Positions 1 through 7,948 of a stretch of DNA of 41,247 nt are shown piece after piece. The notes under the pieces are model-generated. The model was not told the DNA's origin and did not search any database. It saw nothing but the letters and a program-made list of their open reading frames with translations. Each line of letters starts with the position of its first letter. Position 1 is the stretch's first letter. This DNA comes from Candidatus Pacearchaeota archaeon (GTDB lineage: Archaea; Nanobdellota; Nanobdellia; Pacearchaeales; GW2011-AR1). The stretch is from contig JAMCXF010000033.1 of NCBI GenBank assembly GCA_023475035.1, positions 2,868-44,114 of the forward strand, written 5' to 3'. The position numbers and the translations under genes were made by a program.

Positions 1-569
1 TCGGCAACTACTCCTCTGGCGGCACCGCAAGGAAGAGGGCGTTGCTGCTCGAAGAGAACGCGATAACGTATGGGCACCGGCGCGCAAGGCACGCCGGTGC
101 CCGACAACCCACCCGCCCACCCAAGGGAAAGGGATTTGGTATCACCTCTTTTTTTAACGTTGCCTTTTTGTTCAACTATTGGATGTGGAATCAAAATCAT
201 ATTGCTTGTTGTCAAATCTCCGTGAATTATTTCTGCATCGTGAAGTTTTGCAATTTCACTTCCGATTGTTTTGCAGATTTCTTTTTGTTTCTTCAATGGG
301 AAAGAATCAAGATGCTCGGAAAGTTTTTTTCCATCAATAAAAGGCATTTTTATTTTATTAAATTCTTCAAGAGGAAAAGGGTTTGGGGCATTAATTATTT
401 TTGAAGCTTTTTCAAGAAGTTTTTTTTCTGCTTTTGTTCTCTGCTTCCTTATTTTGTCATCAAGTTCTTTTATTCTGTAAGATTTTGAAATTCTGTCTTT
501 GGTTATTAAATTATCTTTTTGATAGATAACTGCTTCTGCGCCACGCCCAATTATTTTTTGATTTGTCAT
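1..569 (-). CDS. bud32: Bud32 (Kae1-associated KEOPS kinase), partial, runs off window; carries a long in-frame insertion after the catalytic loop
   Basis: Not in the ORF track; translated by hand from ATG 569: MTNQKIIGRGAEAVIY...KDRISKSYRIKELDDKIRKQRTKAEKKLL...IAKLHDAEIIHGDLTTSNMIL. The GAEA and HGDLTTSN motifs are typical of Bud32. The frame stays open to position 1. The start overlaps the upstream stop (ATGA). Confidence 0.9.
   Translation of the reverse strand, partial: MTNQKIIGRGAEAVIYQKDNLITKDRISKSYRIKELDDKIRKQRTKAEKKLLEKASKIINAPNPFPLEEFNKIKMPFIDGKKLSEHLDSFPLKKQKEICKTIGSEIAKLHDAEIIHGDLTTSNMILIPHPIVEQKGNVKKRGDTKSLSLGWAGGLSGTGVPCAPVPIRYRVLFEQQRPLPCGAARGVVA
108..136. repeat. (CCCR)4-AGGGAAAGGGATT element, copy 1; G-quadruplex motif on the - strand
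   Basis: 25/29 identical to 1101-1129, all differences A/G transitions; the - strand reads GGGTGGGCGGGTGGG. Confidence 0.8.
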
Positions 570-1060
570 TTTCCAAGCTCTTTTCTCATCTCTATTATAA
601 TCTCTCTTTCTTTTATATTTAATTTTTTCATATCTTCCTTTAACTGTTCAATAATATTTTCTTTATCGCTTTTCTTGTCTTTCATCTGTTCAACTTTTTG
701 GAAAATATTTCTTTCAATTCTTACAAAATGAACTATTACCTCTGAGAACCTTTGCGTGTCAAAATAAAGTGGACTTGATTTGATAAGAAGATTTTTTCTT
801 TTTTGTTTTAATTCACAGATAATCTTGTCAATTTCTTTATTGGAAGAATTCCCTAGTTTTCCTATTATCTGATGATACATCCTTTTGTTTTCTTCAATTG
901 TTTCTGTAAGCTTTTCAAAATATTCAAGTTTTTTCTTGAACAGCAAATCTTTACGATTATGTTCCATATTGATTTTTTGATTAATTTTCGGGCTTACCAA
1001 TGTTCCGATAACCATACCAATAATCGCCATAATTGCTGTCAGATAAGGTGTTATGTCCAT
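566..1060 (-). CDS. Hypothetical protein, N-terminal membrane anchor plus coiled coil (164 aa)
   Basis: Hydrophobic N-terminus; shares FKKKLxxFEK and EMRxEL motifs with the neighbouring ORF 1131-1679. Confidence 0.8.
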   Translation of the reverse strand: MDITPYLTAIMAIIGMVIGTLVSPKINQKINMEHNRKDLLFKKKLEYFEKLTETIEENKRMYHQIIGKLGNSSNKEIDKIICELKQKRKNLLIKSSPLYFDTQRFSEVIVHFVRIERNIFQKVEQMKDKKSDKENIIEQLKEDMKKLNIKEREIIIEMRKELGK

Positions 1061-1100
1061 GAAAAGAAAATTGGGAAAGGGATTTTTAAGGATTATTATT

Positions 1101-1129
1101 CCCGCCCACCCGCCCGAGGGAAAGGGATT
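1101..1129. repeat. (CCCR)4-AGGGAAAGGGATT element, copy 2 (intergenic)
   Basis: Matches 108-136; GGGAAAGGGATT also recurs at 1073-1084. Confidence 0.8.
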
Positions 1130-1130
1130 G

Positions 1131-1679
1131 TCAATCAGATAATAATTCTTGTCTCATTTCTGTTATTGCCTTACCCCCTGAATCCGCTATTTCGATAAAT
1201 ATTTCTTCAAGTTTGGGAATATTCTCTTTTAAAGATTTTATTTTTTTGTTTTTAGATATTATTTCGTTAAATCTAATTTGAGCTTTAAGAAATTTCATTA
1301 TTGAATCTCCTGTTTGCTCTAAAGTATCTGAATAAAGCGGAAGAGAATTTACGCTTAAAGCATCATCTTTCCCCATTTTTTCTTCTAATATTTCTATTTC
1401 TTTAACCTCGCTTTCCTTAGTCATCTTTTTTATGCCCGAGATAATTGTTATATCATAGTTTATATAACCCCATATTCTTCTTGATTTTTTTTCAAAATCT
1501 TTTAACTTTTTTTTGAAGAAAGTTTCTTTTTGCATATACCTAACTCGATAATTATGTTCTTTTTCTAATCTCTCTAAGTTTCTTTGATGATTTCTTTTAT
1601 CTGCTATATTGATTCCAATCATTTGGGTTAAAATTCCAGCTAGAAAGAATATTCCTGCTAATAAAATTTCACTTAACAT
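1131..1679 (-). CDS. Hypothetical protein, N-terminal membrane anchor (182 aa), probable paralog of 566-1060
   Basis: Long ORF with N-terminal TM segment, FFKKKLKDFEK and C-terminal ITEMRQEL. Confidence 0.8.
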   Translation of the reverse strand: MLSEILLAGIFFLAGILTQMIGINIADKRNHQRNLERLEKEHNYRVRYMQKETFFKKKLKDFEKKSRRIWGYINYDITIISGIKKMTKESEVKEIEILEEKMGKDDALSVNSLPLYSDTLEQTGDSIMKFLKAQIRFNEIISKNKKIKSLKENIPKLEEIFIEIADSGGKAITEMRQELLSD

Positions 1680-1728
1680 TTCTTTTTTATCTAAATTCTC
1701 TTTAAAACAATTATTGTATTACAGAAAT

Positions 1729-3130
1729 CTAAAACCTCTTGAACTTCTTCCCGAACTTTTTAGCAAACTTCATCATCTGCTTTTGAGACATTCCCTGCGA
1801 CATATCCATATTTCCAGAACCAACTCCTGACTTAATCATATCGTTGAGGAGTCTGTATTGCTTGATTAAAGAACGAACATCACTCGTCGGAACTCCTGCA
1901 CCTTTTGCAATTCTCGCGATTCTTGAAGTTTGCTTTTCCAAAACTTCTGGATTTTCTTTTTCCTCTTGCGTCATTGACTTAACAATATGCTCCCACTTTG
2001 CAACTTTTGCTTCCTGACTTTCAAGCATTCCTTCTGGAATTTTTGCCTTCATATCTGACAATCCCGGAATCATTGATTTTATTTTTTCAAAACCTCCGAG
2101 ATTTGACATTGACTTGACTTGTTCTATAACATCATCAAGAGTTAATTTTCCTTCTTCAATATTTTTCTGAATTTTTTTCTGCTGGCTTTCTTCTGTAACT
2201 GATTTTATTTTTTCAATCAGAGTTTCCAAATCCCCCATTCCGAGAAGACGGGCGAGGAACGAGCCTGGATTAAATTCTTCAATGTCATTTATTTTTTCCC
2301 CTGTTCCGATAAAATAAACTGGTGCTTGCGTTTCTGCGCAAGCTGTCAATGCTCCCCCTGCTTTTGCAGTTGAATCCATTCTTGTAATTATAACCCCTGA
2401 AATATTCATAGCATCTTTAAACTGGCTTGCCTGCTGTTTTGCTGCCTGCCCAATATCTGCGGGAATAACAAGAATTCTCTCTGTAGGTTTTATTTCCTTG
2501 TCAAGAGACTTTATCTCGTCAATTAATTCCTTGTCTAATGTGTGTCTTCCTGCTGTATCAACAAGAATTAAATTGTAATCTTTCAACTGCAAAAGCAGGG
2601 GGAGCATTGACATTTTCATATTTTTTCCATAACTTGACAGGATTTTTTTCAGTCGCATCAATGAAATAATTCAACTTGTGTTTTTCTGCAAGCTGTTTCA
2701 GTTGCTCTGCGGCAGCAGGACGATGAACATCCAAACCTATAAGTGCAACCTTGAATCCTCGTTTTGCATAATAATTTCCTAACTTAGAAATTGTTGTTGT
2801 CTTTCCGCTTCCATAAAGTCCGAGAAGAAGAACAATATTTTGCTTCTTGTCTAATTTTAACTGCTTGTATTCTCCAAGAATAGCCAAAAGTTCATCGTGA
2901 AGGATTTTTATTATATGCTCCTTTTTTTCAATTCCTTTAACTCTCTCATCCATCGCAGCCTTTTTGATTTTGTCTGATAATTCTTTTACTAATGCTACAT
3001 TAACATCTGCTTCAATCAACGCTCTCTGCAAATCTCTTACGATAGAATCGACTAAATCTTTATCAAGAAAAATAGCATTCGCTATCTTGTCAGTTGCTTT
3101 TTTTATTACTTCTCCAAGTTTCTCTAACAT
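1729..3130 (-). pseudogene. srp54: Signal recognition particle protein SRP54, split by a frameshift (22-nt insertion at 2590-2611; possibly an assembly artefact)
   Basis: ORF 2558-3130 has ALIEADV, GLYGSGKTTT and DVHRPAA. ORF 1729-2661 has DTAGR, TRMDSTAKAGGAL and a Met-rich M domain. Removing 2590-2611 restores ...KKYENQLKDYNLILVDTAGR. Confidence 0.9.
2344..2612. repeat. Perfect 31-bp inverted repeat (2344-2374 / 2582-2612) inside srp54
   Basis: tgtcaatgctccccctgcttttgcagttgaa at 2344-2374 is the exact reverse complement of 2582-2612. Confidence 0.95.
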
Positions 3131-3177
3131 AGAAAAATGAGGAAATATAGAGTTATTAAATTTTGGGTTTAAGTAAA

Positions 3178-4359
3178 TTACAACCCCAATCTCTCAATAA
3201 ACTTTTCCTTGTCAAACGGTTCTATCTTGTCATATTCCTGTCCTGTTCCAAGATAAAGAATTGGTTTCTTTGTAACATAACCTACGCTAAGTGCTGTTCC
3301 GCCTTTGTCGTCAATGTCTGCTTTTGTCAAAACAATTCCGTTAATTCCGATTGCCTCGTCAAAACTTCTGACTTGTTCAATCGCGTCATTTCCTGTGATG
3401 CTTTCCCCGACAAAAACTTTCTTGTCTGGCTTGCAAACTTTCACAATTTTTTCCATTTCCTTAAGAAGATTTTTTTGAGTATGCATTCTTCCTGCTGTAT
3501 CAATAAGCACGCAATTCAATAAATTCTTTTTTGCATATTTTATTGCATCAAAACCTACTGCCGCAGGGTCACTGCCATATTCGTGTGCAATTATTTTCAC
3601 TCCAATCTTTTCCCCGTGAGTCTTTAGCTGTTCAATTGACGCGGCACGGAAAGTATCTCCTGCAGCAATTACGCTGGAAATTCCTTTCTTCTTAAGATTC
3701 TCTGCAATTTTTGCAATTGTCGTTGTTTTCCCTGTTCCATTTATCCCGCAAAATAAAATAACATACGGCTCATTGGTACTCAGGAATTTATCCTTTATTT
3801 CAACAGCTAAATTCGGAGGTTCAATAAGAATCTCTCTTATTATATCCTTGAATGATTCGTTGATTTCACTTTCAATTTCTTTTTTCAGAATTTCTTTCCT
3901 GACAACCTTTTCTTTCAAGTCCTTCACAATTTTTTCGGCAACTTCAAGAGCCACATTATTCTCTAAAAGAAGCATTTCAAGCTCCTCGCCATAAACATCA
4001 AATTCTTTTTCAGTTATTTTCACTTTCGAAATTTTCTCGCCAAACTTTTCAAAAATGTTTTTCTTTTTCTCTTCCTCTGTCTCTTCTTCTTTTAGAATTA
4101 TTTTCTTTTCTTCCTTTTCCTGCTTTCTTTTTTCCTTTGCTTCCTTTTTTTCTTTTTTTCTCTCTTCCTTTTCTGTTTTTTTAGTTTCTTTTTCAAAAGA
4201 CACCTTATCGGTTTCTTTTGTAAGCTTCCCTTTATGATACTGCTCACGGCTGATTTCTTCCTGAACTTTCTCTTTTATTTCCTCTTCTGCTTTTTCTTCA
4301 GCCTTCTGGCTAAGTTTTTGCGTCCAGTTTTTCAGTTTTTCTTTTAATTTTCCAAACAT
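3178..4359 (-). CDS. ftsY: SRP receptor FtsY
   Basis: LLENNVA, GINGTGKTTT, DTFRAA, DTAGR, TKAD..KGG motifs. Start placed at MFGKLKEKLK (ATG 4359). Confidence 0.95.
   Translation of the reverse strand: MFGKLKEKLKNWTQKLSQKAEEKAEEEIKEKVQEEISREQYHKGKLTKETDKVSFEKETKKTEKEERKKEKKEAKEKRKQEKEEKKIILKEEETEEEKKKNIFEKFGEKISKVKITEKEFDVYGEELEMLLLENNVALEVAEKIVKDLKEKVVRKEILKKEIESEINESFKDIIREILIEPPNLAVEIKDKFLSTNEPYVILFCGINGTGKTTTIAKIAENLKKKGISSVIAAGDTFRAASIEQLKTHGEKIGVKIIAHEYGSDPAAVGFDAIKYAKKNLLNCVLIDTAGRMHTQKNLLKEMEKIVKVCKPDKKVFVGESITGNDAIEQVRSFDEAIGINGIVLTKADIDDKGGTALSVGYVTKKPILYLGTGQEYDKIEPFDKEKFIERLGL
4193..4252 (-). repeat. 60-bp in-frame interspersed element, copy 1 (in ftsY)
   Basis: 58/60 identical to 29810-29869; encodes SREQYHKGKLTKETDKVSFE; hairpin CAAAAGA-A-ACC-GATAA-GGT-G-TCTTTTG. 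Confidence 0.95.
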
Positions 4360-4441
4360 CGCGTCATAGTTTTCGACGAGAAAATTTTTCGCTTTGCAAA
4401 AAATTCGGCGAGAATTCACTCGCTTTGCTCGTCATTTATCT
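4357..4441. repeat. Structured start-codon-abutting element, copy 1 (5' of ftsY)
   Basis: 25-bp block identical to 7696-7720 and 35-bp block 34/35 identical to 7741-7775, flanking a variable hairpin. Confidence 0.95.
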
Positions 4442-4535
4442 CATAGGGAAGAGCATTCAATTAGTTATTAAGTTTTTGGATTATCTTTTGAAAATGAACA
4501 TAAATTTTTATAAAGAAAAGGGACTTTAATTCTCT

Positions 4536-5780
4536 ATGAAGGGTGTGCTGGTGATTGTTGACGGAATGGGCGATTTGCCCAACGAACATCTTGAAGGGAA
4601 AACTCCCTTGGAAGCTGCGAACATGCCAAACGCTGATTTTCTTGCTGCAAGAGGAGAACTAGGGTATATGTATTCTGTAAAGCCAGGATTTATTCCTGAA
4701 TCTGACGAGGCTATTGTTTCTATCTTCGGAAATGAGCTTATTTCTTCTACAAGAGGACAGTTGGAAGCGAGAGGGACAGACATAAAACTTGTAAGAGGGG
4801 ATTTGGCTTTCCGCGCTAACTTTGCAACTATTGACTCTTTAGAATCTGGAAACATTTTAGACAGAAGAGCAGGCAGAAATCTTTCAACACAGGAAGCCGA
4901 GATTCTTGCAAAAGCATTAAACAAAGGCATTAAATTAGAATCGCCTGTTATTTTCAGATCAACTATCGGGCACAGAGGAGTTTTAGTTTTCAAAGGAGGT
5001 TTTTCAGACAACATTTCAGGAAATGATATGGTTTATTTGCCTGGGCAGACAAAAATCTCAGACAAAATTTCCCCAATAAAAGCTCTTGACGAAGAAGAGA
5101 ACTCTCAATACACTGCAAGTATAGCGAATGCTTTTTTAGAGAAAGCTTTTGAAATTCTTAATCATCATCCTGTCAATGAAAGAAGAAGAGAAAAAGGGCT
5201 TTTGCCTGCAAATTTTCTTTTAGTAAGAGGAGCAGGAATTGAAGTTCCTAAATTAAAAAAATACAAAAGGTGGGCTTCTGCTTCTTACATGCCGTTGGAA
5301 AAAGGATTTTCCAGAGTTTGTGAGATGAAAACTTACTCTTTTGATTATCCAAAACTGAGAGGGATTGATGTTTATGAGAATTTATGGGACGGCTTAAGAA
5401 AAGCGTGCAAGTTTTCAATTGCTGTGCTGAAAAGAAACAGAAGAGCATCTGATTATGTTTACATTCACATAAAAGAAACCGATTTGCCTGGGCACGACGG
5501 AAAAGCTATTGTAAAAAAAGAAATGCTTGAATACATTGACAAAACCCTGTTTAACTTTTTAAGAAAATTTGCACCTCCAAATAATATTAATGTAGTTATT
5601 ACTGCTGACCATTGCACTCCCTGTAAAAATCGGGCGCATTCTGCAGACCCTGTTCCTGTTTTATTTTACAATCATTCAATTCCCAAAGAAAAAAAATTCG
5701 ACGAAAATGAAGCAAGAAAAGGAAAACTTGGAAGAATTAACGGGAAAGAACTTTTAGCCAAGGTCAAGTTTTTGAAATAG
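4536..5780 (+). CDS. apgM: 2,3-bisphosphoglycerate-independent phosphoglycerate mutase (archaeal ApgM type)
   Basis: DGMGD..L.GKTPLEAA..P, FRANFAT, DRRAGR, HIKETD..GHDG, TADH.TP and HSADPVP motifs. Confidence 0.93.
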   Translation: MKGVLVIVDGMGDLPNEHLEGKTPLEAANMPNADFLAARGELGYMYSVKPGFIPESDEAIVSIFGNELISSTRGQLEARGTDIKLVRGDLAFRANFATIDSLESGNILDRRAGRNLSTQEAEILAKALNKGIKLESPVIFRSTIGHRGVLVFKGGFSDNISGNDMVYLPGQTKISDKISPIKALDEEENSQYTASIANAFLEKAFEILNHHPVNERRREKGLLPANFLLVRGAGIEVPKLKKYKRWASASYMPLEKGFSRVCEMKTYSFDYPKLRGIDVYENLWDGLRKACKFSIAVLKRNRRASDYVYIHIKETDLPGHDGKAIVKKEMLEYIDKTLFNFLRKFAPPNNINVVITADHCTPCKNRAHSADPVPVLFYNHSIPKEKKFDENEARKGKLGRINGKELLAKVKFLK

Positions 5781-5828
5781 ATTTTTCTATATAGCAATTG
5801 TTAAAAATTGATTGATACTATTTTTTTT

Positions 5829-6389
5829 ATGATAACCTACAATGACATCTATGAGGCGGAGAAGAAAGAGCGATATTCTGACCAGTTACAGCAAATTCCC
5901 AAGAATTTTGTAAAAGAAGTTTCTGATTATCTTAAAGAAAAAAAAGAGATTGCTTCAAAAGAAAATGATATATTTTCTGATGTAATTGTCAAGACGAAAA
6001 AACAGCTTGAAAATGCTGCTCTTTTATTTCGTCAGCTGATTCTCAGAAGAAAAAAGAAAATTCTTAATCTGGTTTTAATTGCGTCCGAGACAGGAATTTC
6101 AAAACAGGATTTTGACAACATGCTTCAATTTGAAAAAACTTTATTTGAGGAATTAATGAAGTCAATTGATTTGTCTGACAAGAAATTAGCTGAGATAGTC
6201 AACGGCAATGACAATGAACCTCAGCAGAAAAATGAATTGATTGTTTTTAGGGAACATGTTGAAGAATTTATGGGAATGGACGGGGAAAAAATGGGTGCTT
6301 ATGAAAAAGGTGACATTGTGAACATCCCAAAAGAAATTGCAAAAATATTAATTGATTCCGGAAAGGCTGAACTTGCCGAAGGAGACTAA
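5829..6389 (+). CDS. GINS complex subunit (Gins51/Gins15-like)
   Basis: MITYNDIYE..KERYS.QLQ.IP.NF, R.KKI..L helix and C-terminal B domain (F.G.DG..G.YEKGDIV.IP..IA.ILI..GKAE). Confidence 0.8.
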   Translation: MITYNDIYEAEKKERYSDQLQQIPKNFVKEVSDYLKEKKEIASKENDIFSDVIVKTKKQLENAALLFRQLILRRKKKILNLVLIASETGISKQDFDNMLQFEKTLFEELMKSIDLSDKKLAEIVNGNDNEPQQKNELIVFREHVEEFMGMDGEKMGAYEKGDIVNIPKEIAKILIDSGKAELAEGD

Positions 6390-6637
6390 TTTTTATAAAT
6401 TATTGACTGAATAAAAAGTGTCAGCCACAGGGTTCCGCTTATGATGTTTATTATTGTTGAAAGATAAAGTCCGAGAGTGAAAAGAACAAAAGCCATTGTG
6501 TAGATAACAAGAACTGTTATCAATGATGTAGAAAAATTAATTGTCTTTTTCTTTTTTTTGAACCCTGTTATCACTTGAGGAACCAATGCAACTCCAGAAC
6601 ATATGGAGGCTATCATAATCACAATATCTTGCCACAT
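6386..6637 (-). CDS. PQ-loop / SemiSWEET-like small membrane protein
   Basis: 83 aa, three hydrophobic segments, LVPQV motif after the first helix. Confidence 0.7.
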   Translation of the reverse strand: MWQDIVIMIASICSGVALVPQVITGFKKKKKTINFSTSLITVLVIYTMAFVLFTLGLYLSTIINIISGTLWLTLFIQSIIYKN

Positions 6638-6638
6638 A

Positions 6639-6732
6639 AAGCCTCCAGAGAGATTTGGAGTTCACTTCGTTCCCTCTCATTCGACAAGTCAAATGAAACT
6701 CCGTTCAAATATTTTTTTTGTTTTTTTATCAT
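6639..6732 (-). repeat. Duplicated tRNA-Thr 3' end (19 bp, 6639-6657) plus hairpin-containing spacer
   Basis: aagcctccagagagatttg occurs at 6639-6657 and 6733-6751. The spacer has GGAGTT..AACTCC and TCATT.GAC-AA-GTC.AATGA stems. Confidence 0.9.
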
Positions 6733-6733
6733 A

Positions 6734-6805
6734 AGCCTCCAGAGAGATTTGAACTCCCGACCCTTTGCTTACAAGGCAAATGCTCTGCCACTGAGCTATG
6801 GAGGC
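6734..6805 (-). tRNA. tRNA-Thr(UGU)
   Basis: Cloverleaf GCCTCCA...TGGAGGC-T; anticodon arm TTTGC-CTTGTAA-GCAAA; T-loop TTCAAAT. Confidence 0.95.
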
Positions 6806-6851
6806 ATAATAACTTGAAAGAATAATGGTTTAAAAGATTTCTGATAGAAGA

Positions 6852-7385
6852 TTATTTCTTTTTTGCTTCAAGGACTCTTATTTCGCAGAGAGACAAAGGA
6901 TAAATTTTTTTCAACTTAAGACTTAAGTATTTCTGCAATTGGTTTCTTAGTATTTCATCAAATAATTGTTCTGCGCTTTTATCTTTTACATAACTCAGCA
7001 ATTCTTCTTTTGCCTTGTTTCTCAAATTTTTTCTGACTGCTCTTGATACTTTTCTTCTTGTTACCAAGAAAGGTTTTATTGTCAGTTTAGCATCTTTGCC
7101 GTCAGCAGAGAAAGAATCTTCGACGTAATTTGTTCCTTTTTTTACCATTCTTCTTATGAAGTAAGGCATTACAATACTCTTTACAGGAACAGCAGTTGCT
7201 TTGTCGTCTTCAACTTTAACTTTGAATGTCATCATAACGCTTTTTCCCTTGAGAATTCTTGTCAAGTCATATTTCAAAAATCTTCCGTCAAGTTCAGGCA
7301 TTTCATAAGCCTGCAACTGTGTAGTCTTGTCTATTGATGGTATCTCGACGTCAAAAAATCTTTTTTTCCTTTTTGCTTGTGCCAT
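6852..7385 (-). CDS. rps3ae: 30S ribosomal protein S3Ae (eS1)
   Basis: N-terminal K..FDVEIP, central YFIRRMVKKGT.YVE, C-terminal KKIYPL..CEIR. Confidence 0.88.
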   Translation of the reverse strand: MAQAKRKKRFFDVEIPSIDKTTQLQAYEMPELDGRFLKYDLTRILKGKSVMMTFKVKVEDDKATAVPVKSIVMPYFIRRMVKKGTNYVEDSFSADGKDAKLTIKPFLVTRRKVSRAVRKNLRNKAKEELLSYVKDKSAEQLFDEILRNQLQKYLSLKLKKIYPLSLCEIRVLEAKKK

Positions 7386-7386
7386 T

Positions 7387-7698
7387 TTATTCCTGTATTA
7401 CCTTCCCTGTTCTTTGTCCTTTTTTCTGGTATTTAGATTTATTGCATGTCATGCAAGTGTACATTATATTTGTCTTTTTTGTTGTCTTTGATTTTCTCTT
7501 GAACTTTGAAACTGCGGGTTTACTTCCCCATTTTCCTTTGTTGCCGATTCCTCTTCCGAGTCCTCTTAATTTTGCACGGCTAATTGAACCTCTTGTAAGA
7601 GTTCCTCTCTTTGCTCCAGTTGACACTATCTTTATTTTTTGCTCTGTTTTTGCCTTGCAATAAGGACAAAATCTTTTTGTTGTCTTTGGAATCTTCAT
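7387..7698 (-). CDS. rpl44e: 50S ribosomal protein L44e (eL42)
   Basis: MKIPKT..RFCPYC...K.TKK....TCMTC.K zinc ribbon. Confidence 0.93.
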   Translation of the reverse strand: MKIPKTTKRFCPYCKAKTEQKIKIVSTGAKRGTLTRGSISRAKLRGLGRGIGNKGKWGSKPAVSKFKRKSKTTKKTNIMYTCMTCNKSKYQKKGQRTGKVIQE

Positions 7699-7775
7699 CG
7701 CGTCATAGTTTTCGACGAGATAATGAACTGGAGTTCATTAGGCGGGAATTCACTCGCTTTGCTCGTCATTTATCT
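7696..7775. repeat. Structured start-codon-abutting element, copy 2 (5' of rpl44e)
   Basis: Same conserved blocks as 4357-4441; the variable arm here is the perfect hairpin TAATGAACT-GG-AGTTCATTA. Confidence 0.95.
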
Positions 7776-7848
7776 TAAGGGAAGGAGAGAATTTGGGTTT
7801 TTAAAGTTTAAGTTTAATCAGAAATGGCCCTACTACTGAATAAAAATA

Positions 7849-7948
7849 TGGCCCTGCGAACTCGAGCCCCACTCGTTGCAATTAAAACTTTTCTCGCACT
7901 CGTGAAAACTCTCGGGAATTACACCTACGGTTCAATTCAAAATTTAAT
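7849..7948 (-). repeat. Duplicated tRNA-Val 3' end (11 bp) plus CACTCGT-type element (7860-7913)
   Basis: tggccctgcga at 7849-7859 and 7949-7959; 7860-7913 matches 28780-28834 with 2 mismatches and 1 indel. Confidence 0.9.

Noticed and set aside
1..136. GC-rich structured stretch as the SRP (7S) RNA, given nearby srp54 and ftsY
   Set aside because: No helix-8 AGG..GGAA..AGCAG arrangement on either strand, and it lies inside the open bud32 frame.
1..1129. DGR template/variable repeat pair
   Set aside because: The shared repeat is only 29 bp, its differences are not one-directional adenine substitutions, and there is no reverse transcriptase in the window.
2375..2581. Invertible phase-variation switch between the 31-bp inverted repeats
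   Set aside because: Inverting the interior would not restore SRP54, and no recombinase is nearby.
2558..2661. Programmed ribosomal frameshift joining the two SRP54 ORFs
   Set aside because: The 22-nt inverted-copy insertion fully explains the shift.
4193..4252. Group II intron domain V remnant (AGCCGTGAGC)
   Set aside because: The complementary 3' strand of domain V (..ACGGTTC) is missing.
4360..4419. N-terminal extension of FtsY given in the ORF track
   Set aside because: It reads through the repeated leader element; MFGKLKEKL at 4359 is the typical FtsY start.
4357..4441. Hammerhead ribozyme, BHB intron or conserved uORF for the leader element
   Set aside because: No CUGANGA/GAAA core, no 4-bp BHB helix at the ends, and the uORFs in the two copies end in different frames.
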